Assembly: GCA_964551605.1 (NCBI GenBank)
Contig: CAZKCV010000006.1
Span: 70 to 64,069 of the forward strand
Length of the DNA: 64,000 nt
From: an uncultured Gammaproteobacteria bacterium
GTDB taxonomy: Bacteria; Patescibacteriota; Microgenomatia; Daviesbacterales; UBA10151
Direction of reading: 5' to 3'
Position numbers and translations under genes: made by a program. A model generated the notes under the pieces. It searched no databases and was not told where the DNA came from. It saw only the letters and a list, made by a program, of their open reading frames with translations. Every line of letters starts with the position of its first letter. The first letter of the stretch is position 1. Of the stretch, positions 57,480 to 64,000 are shown one piece after another.

Positions 57480-57486
57480 GTTTTAA

Positions 57487-58276
57487 TCCAACCCCCGGTG
57501 TTAGATAGCTTCAAACCTAAGGATTATTCCAGGGTTAGATGTTTTATCCTATTAAGTTGTCTTTGGTAATCTGCTTGGTCTAATACAAACTGATAATATC
57601 TCTCTGAGCTTTTGCAGAAATTCAGTATGTCTCTTGTTTGTATAAATGGGTATATCGCACCTGCATTTAGGTAGGTTCCGAAGGAAGACCACTTATATTC
57701 TAATAATTTTTCAGGTTCAACTATATAATCGGTAGCAGGGTTTAGGTGTATATACCTGGAGACATGCAACAACTGTTCATCCGTCACAATCCTGACCGCC
57801 TTAAACATAGATTGAAATAATGGGCCAACCCGTTCATTTTTAATATTTAAGTATTTGGCATAACCGTTTTGTAAATTAGACAGGAAAACAGAAATCCCTT
57901 TTTCTGTTAATTGTTTCAATAAAAAATGAAAATGATTGGGCATTAGACAAAAAGCTAGTATTTCTACATGAGTCTTATTTTCTTTCTTTAATCCCTCTAA
58001 AATTTTCTCTCTGAGATCTCTCGGCATCTTCTTGAATTGAGAAAAACTGGTAGGTGTATCAACAAAACGGTAATAGTCAACTAATTCCAGGAACCTTTGA
58101 TAATCGCTATTAGAATAAAATATTGGTAAAGCTGCTACTCCTCTATTATAGACATGGTAAATCTGATCCTGAGCCAGGATGACTTTTCTATATGGCATAT
58201 CCCCATATTATCAGAGTTGTTAACTTTTTCAAGAGTTAATCCTTAGGTTGGAACGTAACTAACACCCGGTGTTGGA
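57487..58276. mobile_element. RAYT locus 2 with 40-bp imperfect inverted repeats
   Basis: 57487-57526 and 58237-58276 are reverse-complementary and contain AACACC-N-GGTGTT-type palindromes. Confidence 0.7.
57524..58198 (-). CDS. rayT: REP-associated tyrosine (Y1/HUH) transposase
   Basis: YHVYNRG, FCLMPNHFHFL, RYIHLNP, YKWSS. Confidence 0.9.
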   Translation of the reverse strand: MPYRKVILAQDQIYHVYNRGVAALPIFYSNSDYQRFLELVDYYRFVDTPTSFSQFKKMPRDLREKILEGLKKENKTHVEILAFCLMPNHFHFLLKQLTEKGISVFLSNLQNGYAKYLNIKNERVGPLFQSMFKAVRIVTDEQLLHVSRYIHLNPATDYIVEPEKLLEYKWSSFGTYLNAGAIYPFIQTRDILNFCKSSERYYQFVLDQADYQRQLNRIKHLTLE

Positions 58277-58360
58277 GATTTGTTGCTGGAGGTTTTAGGC
58301 CTTACTTTTTTGTTACCCAATATTGATATAAACCTTATCCTTATCCTGTAGCATTTCTTT

Positions 58361-59182
58361 ATGCCTGAGACTGATGATAGAAACGAAGATGCAGGATATA
58401 CCCGCCGGGAGTTCACCAGAGAATCAGCAATGATCCTTTTAAGGGGGCTAGGAGTGGGTATGATGGGTGGGTTCTATTTGAGTATTATTTTAGCTCTTCG
58501 AAAAGCAGGGTATGTACCGGAAAACAATTTGTATCCCAAATCCAGAAATCTACCACCCTTTTTATATCTTGACCCTCCGGTAGAACCCCGGCCTTCACCT
58601 ATCAGGGATTGTTTGCCCGGGGAAGGAACAGGTACCCCCTCTCTCTCCGAAAGGGCTGAAGAGATAGGAATTGGAAGACTTAAATTTCTTAAAGAAATCA
58701 TCCCGCAATATATAAATCTAAATGGTTCACTTAAGGATTATAATCCCGGGGAAGATGCCGGAGTTTTAAGACTTGATTTAGATTCCAAACTTAAGGCAAA
58801 AACGGCTTATGACTTGTTTTACCATGCTTCGCCCCACCAGCCTGTTTCAAGATACACTTTAGCCTTTGACGACCCAAAACCCACAAATGCCCACCAGTAC
58901 TTTTCACTGGATGTCCATTACCCACGGTGTACAGAACCTGAAACAGTTGTTATTAAAGGAATCCTTTCAAATTTCCCATACAGTACTATCTTAAGAAGAA
59001 GGCTCCAACCCATTGCGGAGAGCTATTTTAATTTCTCAAAGCAGACACAGTGGCTTAATGGCAGAAGAAAGTTCAGCGGCACTGCAGAAGAAAATGCCGT
59101 AAAAGCTATTGATCCGCTCCGACGCGTAGATTTTTTACTGGAAGAAAGTAAAAAATTCATGCTGGTAGCCAACATTCATTGA
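58361..59182 (+). CDS. hypothetical membrane-anchored protein
   Basis: TRREF then hydrophobic helix. Confidence 0.55.
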   Translation: MPETDDRNEDAGYTRREFTRESAMILLRGLGVGMMGGFYLSIILALRKAGYVPENNLYPKSRNLPPFLYLDPPVEPRPSPIRDCLPGEGTGTPSLSERAEEIGIGRLKFLKEIIPQYINLNGSLKDYNPGEDAGVLRLDLDSKLKAKTAYDLFYHASPHQPVSRYTLAFDDPKPTNAHQYFSLDVHYPRCTEPETVVIKGILSNFPYSTILRRRLQPIAESYFNFSKQTQWLNGRRKFSGTAEENAVKAIDPLRRVDFLLEESKKFMLVANIH

Positions 59183-59231
59183 AACCTAAAACCTTTCTTT
59201 TTCCAGCCTGAAGTATTAGAATACGCAGACT

Positions 59232-60287
59232 ATGGGTGTTTCAAAGTTTCTGAAGCTGTCTAAGAAAAAACTGATTATTTTGGCAGTCATAATTATTATT
59301 GCTTCAGCAGGCTTTTATTTCTACAGCCGGCCAAAGCAGGATTCCCTGCAATTTGTTGAAGTCAGAAGACAGGAGATAAAATCCATAGTTTCTTCTTCCG
59401 GAAATCTGACCGGTAAAAACAGCGCAGATCTAAAATTTATGTTACCCGGAAAATTGACCTTTATTAATGTAAAAACCGGAGACAATGTCTTTGCAGGCCA
59501 GGTGCTGGCCGGCTTGGATACCCAGCAGCTTGCTATTGAACTGCAGCAGGCCCAAAATAACCTCCGGGATAAACAGGCTACCACGGATAGAGTTATAGAT
59601 GACATTCACCTTTTTCAATACGGTAACGGCGGATTCGCTAACGTGGGAACTGAAAATGAAACCATGACCCAAAGGCAGCTTCGGACAACTGCTGAAGCAG
59701 CCCGGGATAATGCCTTTGATGCCATAAAATTAGTGCAGCGGGGCTTCCAGGATACCGTAATTATTTCTCCCCTGAGCGGTCTGGTTACTCAGGCTGCTGA
59801 GCTGCCTAATCAGGTAGTAACGGCTGTTGATCTAATTGTCCAGGTAGTAGATACCACGGCTATTTATTTTGATACTGATATTGATGAAGCTGATATCAGT
59901 AAAATTCAGACAGGACAACCGGCTGAAGTTATCCTGGATGCTTATCCGGAAGATACTTTTAATGGTACCGTCGAGCAGATTCTGCCCCAGACTAAAACCA
60001 CTTCCCAAGGAGCTAAAGTAGTAACTATCAGGATCAGGCTGGATAATCCACCGGCAACTTTTATCAATGGCTTAACCGGCCAGGCTGATATCATTATTGA
60101 ATCCGTAAAAGGCTCTTTAACTATTCCGATAGAAGCGCTTCGTGATGATAATACGGTCCTGGTCCGGGAAGAAAAAGACCTGGTTCCCCGTAAAGTTACC
60201 CCTGGGATTATTTCTGAAACTGATGTGGAAATTAAATCCGGATTAAAGACAGGTGAAAAAGTGCAGCTTAATCCGCCCTCACCATGA
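59232..60287 (+). CDS. MacA-like membrane fusion protein
   Basis: TM, lipoyl-like GD.V..GQ.L, SPLSG.V, IDEADI, IP.EA. Confidence 0.88.
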   Translation: MGVSKFLKLSKKKLIILAVIIIIASAGFYFYSRPKQDSLQFVEVRRQEIKSIVSSSGNLTGKNSADLKFMLPGKLTFINVKTGDNVFAGQVLAGLDTQQLAIELQQAQNNLRDKQATTDRVIDDIHLFQYGNGGFANVGTENETMTQRQLRTTAEAARDNAFDAIKLVQRGFQDTVIISPLSGLVTQAAELPNQVVTAVDLIVQVVDTTAIYFDTDIDEADISKIQTGQPAEVILDAYPEDTFNGTVEQILPQTKTTSQGAKVVTIRIRLDNPPATFINGLTGQADIIIESVKGSLTIPIEALRDDNTVLVREEKDLVPRKVTPGIISETDVEIKSGLKTGEKVQLNPPSP

Positions 60288-60952
60288 ACAGCTTAGTTAA
60301 AATTATAAAGGTAAATAAAATCTATCAAAGCGGTGAGGTTTCCTTTCAGGCTCTAAAAAATATCAGCCTGATTGTTAAAAAAAAGGAATTTGTGGCTATT
60401 ATCGGCGCTTCCGGTTCCGGTAAGTCAACTTTGATGAATATCATCGGTTTACTGGATAAACCTACTACCGGTATCTATGAACTGGAAGGGATAAATACTT
60501 CAAAGCTGGAAGAAAATGAGCTGGCCGGCATCCGCAATAAAAGAGTCGGTTTTGTTTTTCAGTCATTTAATTTATTGCCCAGGACCACCGCTTTGGATAA
60601 TGTGGCTATGCCGTTAATCTACGGCGAGGTAGCTAAGGAAGAAAGATTGCAAAGAGCAGAGTTAGCCCTAAAACAGGTGGGATTGGAAGATAAACTCAGC
60701 TCACATCCTAACCAGCTTTCAGGGGGGCAACAGCAGCGGGTGGCAATTGCCAGGGCTTTGGTTAATAACCCGGAAATTATTCTGGCAGATGAGCCGACCG
60801 GTAATTTAGATACCAAAAGCGGCAGGGAAATTATGGATATCTTTAAAAGGCTTAACAGAGAAGGTAAGACTATTATCATGATTACCCATGAAAAAGATAT
60901 TGCCAAAAATGCCAAAAGAGTGATCCGGATAAAAGACGGAGAGATAAAATAA
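60284..60952 (+). CDS. ABC transporter ATP-binding protein (MacB/LolD family)
   Basis: [25 protein letters not shown]. Confidence 0.95.
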   Translation: MNSLVKIIKVNKIYQSGEVSFQALKNISLIVKKKEFVAIIGASGSGKSTLMNIIGLLDKPTTGIYELEGINTSKLEENELAGIRNKRVGFVFQSFNLLPRTTALDNVAMPLIYGEVAKEERLQRAELALKQVGLEDKLSSHPNQLSGGQQQRVAIARALVNNPEIILADEPTGNLDTKSGREIMDIFKRLNREGKTIIMITHEKDIAKNAKRVIRIKDGEIK

Positions 60953-62142
60953 TGGATATTTTTGAAACCACCAGATTAGCCTTAAATGCTATTTTAGCCA
61001 ATAGAATGCGCTCTTTTTTAACTATGCTTGGCATAGTGATTGGTGTCACTTCGGTGATTTTACTGATTGCCGTGGTCTCCGGATTACAAACTTTTATCAC
61101 CGGCCAGATCCAGGGATTGGGATCCAATTTAATGTTTGTCATGCCGGGCCGGATTGGAGGTGCCAGATCTCCCGGAGGGATACAAGCGAACCGTTTGGTT
61201 TATACAGATGCCGTTACTTTAAGAAACAGATTAAAAACTGAAGCAGAGGTATCTGCTGCCATTCAGAGAAATGCCACCCTAAAATTCGGCAATAAACTGG
61301 ATAAAGATGTTTCCGTTTTCGGAGTAGAAACCAATTACCCAAAAATTATCACCCTGGAAATTACCAAAGGCAGGTTTTTCCGGGAATCTGAGCAAAGAGC
61401 CACCAGAAGGGTGGCAGTTATCGGCCGGACAGTAGAGACTAACCTGTTTGATGAAAGAGAAATGCTGGGCAAAACCATTGATGTGGCCGGATTAAAATAT
61501 ATAGTGATTGGGACCTTATCTCAAAGAGGTTCCATATTCGGAGTAGACCTGGATAATTCCATCTATGTGCCATTTTCCACTGCTGAAAGACAGTTTGGGC
61601 TGGACCGGCTGAATACTATTTATATTACTGCCAACAGGTCAGATGATGTAAAAACCGTCCAAAAAAAGGCTACTGATATCCTAAAGAAAAGATTATCAGA
61701 AGATGAATTTTCCGTCCAAACCCAGGAACAAACTTTGTCTACCATCTCCCAAATTACCGGGGTATTAACAGCTGCTTTAGGCGGTATTGCAGCCATCTCC
61801 TTAATTGTCGGCGGCATCGGCATTATGAATATCATGCTGGTTTCAGTAACTGAACGAACCAGGGAGATCGGGCTGCGGAAAGCTGTCGGAGCCAGACCTG
61901 CTGATATCAGAAACCAGTTTCTGATTGAGGCAGTAATTCTTTCGGGACTGGGAGGAATTATCGGTATTATCTTAGGAGTTGGTTTTGCTTTGATCATCGG
62001 CAGGTTTTTTACTACCACTATCCCCTGGTGGTCAATAATGCTGTCTTTTGGTTTTTCCATGCTGGTAGGAGTCATTTTTGGGGTTGCCCCGGCCATCAGA
62101 GCTGCGAAACTAAACCCCATCCAGGCTCTAAGGTATGAATAA
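60952..62142 (+). CDS. ABC transporter permease (MacB/FtsX family)
   Basis: [34 protein letters not shown]. Confidence 0.93.
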   Translation: MDIFETTRLALNAILANRMRSFLTMLGIVIGVTSVILLIAVVSGLQTFITGQIQGLGSNLMFVMPGRIGGARSPGGIQANRLVYTDAVTLRNRLKTEAEVSAAIQRNATLKFGNKLDKDVSVFGVETNYPKIITLEITKGRFFRESEQRATRRVAVIGRTVETNLFDEREMLGKTIDVAGLKYIVIGTLSQRGSIFGVDLDNSIYVPFSTAERQFGLDRLNTIYITANRSDDVKTVQKKATDILKKRLSEDEFSVQTQEQTLSTISQITGVLTAALGGIAAISLIVGGIGIMNIMLVSVTERTREIGLRKAVGARPADIRNQFLIEAVILSGLGGIIGIILGVGFALIIGRFFTTTIPWWSIMLSFGFSMLVGVIFGVAPAIRAAKLNPIQALRYE

Positions 62143-63153
62143 TTACTTCGCCAATTGTTCCTTAAAGTACTCCACCCAGGGAATCAAGCTGGGATCTAAG
62201 CCGTAAGAAAATGCGAGGTACAAACTTACATAGCCCCCGAATGATAATACATTCAGCATCTGGGATAGTTTAGAACTACCCTGGGGTTTGTATTCATCAA
62301 AGATAACTTCATTTTTTCCCACCACATCCTTAGTAAGTTCCACTCTCTTTTTTAGCTTATCAGAATAAAAATCTGAGGTGACGAATAAAACAAAAAGTTT
62401 CTTACCTGCCGGATTTTTCAGACCTTCCAGCAGATGATGATTTAATTCCGGCAGCAGGGAAAAGGTAGAAAAGCTTTTGGAGGTTTCATTAAACTGGTTT
62501 CTCATAATATGAGCATTACCTGATAAAAACTCAGCTGCCATTAGCACCTGCATAAAATCCTTCATCTTCTCCGCAAGAGCTTTGGCTTTTGATTTGATAT
62601 CTTCGCTATTTGCCTCCAGTTCTGAAATTGCCTGATCAACTTCTGCATCAGAGACAGATAAAATTCCCAGTCTATTCAAGATAGCCATAGTCCCAATCAC
62701 CATGTAACCTGTTCCTAATCTGGGCTGGCCTGAAGGATTAAATTTCGGATCAAATACCAAACCGGGGAAATTTTTAAATAGCTCCATTAATTTACCGCCT
62801 CCGGTAATACCGGTTATTTTCAGATTTTTTTCTTGAGCCGCGGCAGCACACGATAAAACTTCTTCTGTTGATCCGGAGTAACTGGAGAGAAAAATCAGGC
62901 TTTTTTCACTAACAAAACCGGGTAATTGGTAATCATTATCGGAAATAATCGGAGCTTTTAAGGAGTCTTTAAAAAGCGAAGAAATGATGTAGCCGCCATA
63001 AGCAGATCCACCCATGCCACAAAGAAGAACATTTTGGAAATCCTGGTAATCCGGCGGAAATTCTATTTTTTTAGCCTCTGTCCAGATTTGTTTGCATTGA
63101 TCCGCCAGCATACCTGTTGAACCAAGTACATCCTTAGGATCCAAACTATTCAT
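62143..63153 (-). CDS. bifunctional phosphoglucose/phosphomannose isomerase (SIS)
   Basis: GMGGS, SYSGSTEE, QPR, QFNE.SK, PELNHH. Confidence 0.88.
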   Translation of the reverse strand: MNSLDPKDVLGSTGMLADQCKQIWTEAKKIEFPPDYQDFQNVLLCGMGGSAYGGYIISSLFKDSLKAPIISDNDYQLPGFVSEKSLIFLSSYSGSTEEVLSCAAAAQEKNLKITGITGGGKLMELFKNFPGLVFDPKFNPSGQPRLGTGYMVIGTMAILNRLGILSVSDAEVDQAISELEANSEDIKSKAKALAEKMKDFMQVLMAAEFLSGNAHIMRNQFNETSKSFSTFSLLPELNHHLLEGLKNPAGKKLFVLFVTSDFYSDKLKKRVELTKDVVGKNEVIFDEYKPQGSSKLSQMLNVLSFGGYVSLYLAFSYGLDPSLIPWVEYFKEQLAK

Positions 63154-63214
63154 GCTAATCATACTACCATAGACTAAAGACAAAAAAAATGGTATTTTGT
63201 AACCGCCTCAAACT

Positions 63215-63940
63215 ATGAAAATTTATTTTCTGGGAACAAATGGCTGGTATACAACTCCCACCGGCAATACTCCCTGTATTCTGATAGACAGTCAGGAAGG
63301 TTATGTACTTTTTGATGCCGGAAATGGCTTTTATAAAATTGATGAATATATCAAGGATGATAAGCCTATTTCCCTTTTCCTTTCCCACTTTCACTTAGAT
63401 CATGTTTCAGGCCTGCATATGCTGTCAAAATTTAACTTCAGCCAACCAATCAATATTTACCTGGCCAAAGGCAGAAAAAAGGATTTTGAAACACTTTTTA
63501 ATGCTCCGTACACAGATCCTAATGTTAATATTAAAGTCCACGAGCTTGAGGAGGGCAAAAATGAAGTCGGCTTTCCGGTCGAAATGTTCCGGATGAAACA
63601 TACATATGAAGATCATAGTTTCAGAATGAGTCTGGAAGGGAAAATAATTGCTTATTCCGGAGATACCGGAATCTGTGACAATTCAAAACTGCTTGCACAT
63701 AATGCTGATATATTGATTCATGAATGCTCGTATATAAAAATCACAGACAACTGGGGACATGTTGATCCGGAACTGGCTGCAACCTTAGCAAAAGAAGCGG
63801 ATGCTAAAAAGTTAATCCTGACTCATTTTGATGCTTCCCGCTATACTGACCTGGAAAAAAGGAAATGGGCAGAGGAAGAAGCCAAAAAAATATTTCCCAA
63901 TACAATAGCAGCAGATGATAACCTAGTTATTGAGCTTTAA
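63215..63940 (+). CDS. MBL-fold hydrolase, RNase Z-like
   Basis: LGT, DAG, SHFHLDH, YSGDT, HE, GH, LTH. Confidence 0.85.
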   Translation: MKIYFLGTNGWYTTPTGNTPCILIDSQEGYVLFDAGNGFYKIDEYIKDDKPISLFLSHFHLDHVSGLHMLSKFNFSQPINIYLAKGRKKDFETLFNAPYTDPNVNIKVHELEEGKNEVGFPVEMFRMKHTYEDHSFRMSLEGKIIAYSGDTGICDNSKLLAHNADILIHECSYIKITDNWGHVDPELAATLAKEADAKKLILTHFDASRYTDLEKRKWAEEEAKKIFPNTIAADDNLVIEL

Positions 63941-64000
63941 TCAGGCTATTCCAGTCAGAGGCAAAGCGGTCAATACCGGCATCAGTCATCTCATGGGTAA

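Noticed and set aside
2735-63616. Many 60-170-aa ORFs antisense to or nested in identified genes
   Set aside because: Shadow ORFs without motifs, overlapping well-supported CDSs

Overview
64 kb of bacterial chromosome whose gene content suggests a Patescibacteria/CPR (Microgenomates-like) genome; this is inferred from DUF5667-ECF pairs, DUF5674, many lineage-specific orphans and RAYT-type repeats. It carries housekeeping and stress genes (otsA/otsB + GH63, msrA/msrB, fhs, dinB, DEAD-box helicase, dus, gmk, MacAB-like ABC exporter, PGI/PMI), five tRNAs (Leu-TAA, Pro-TGG, Gly-TCC, Arg-TCT, His-GTG), two REP-associated tyrosine transposases with dispersed palindromes (several in frame inside genes), two Fic genes and two ECF sigma/anti-sigma pairs. 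No rRNA or CRISPR array is seen. The most notable unexplained structures are: (1) two tandem, recombinase-less gene cassettes at the tRNA-Gly 3' end, sharing conserved arms, a 54-aa microprotein and a palindromic junction; (2) a DUF3800 gene with a convergent structured small RNA bounded by a promoter and terminator; (3) a symmetric bidirectional ECF promoter; (4) several candidate structured ncRNAs; (5) a pervasive near-leaderless gene architecture. All product calls come from motif recognition by eye, not database searches.
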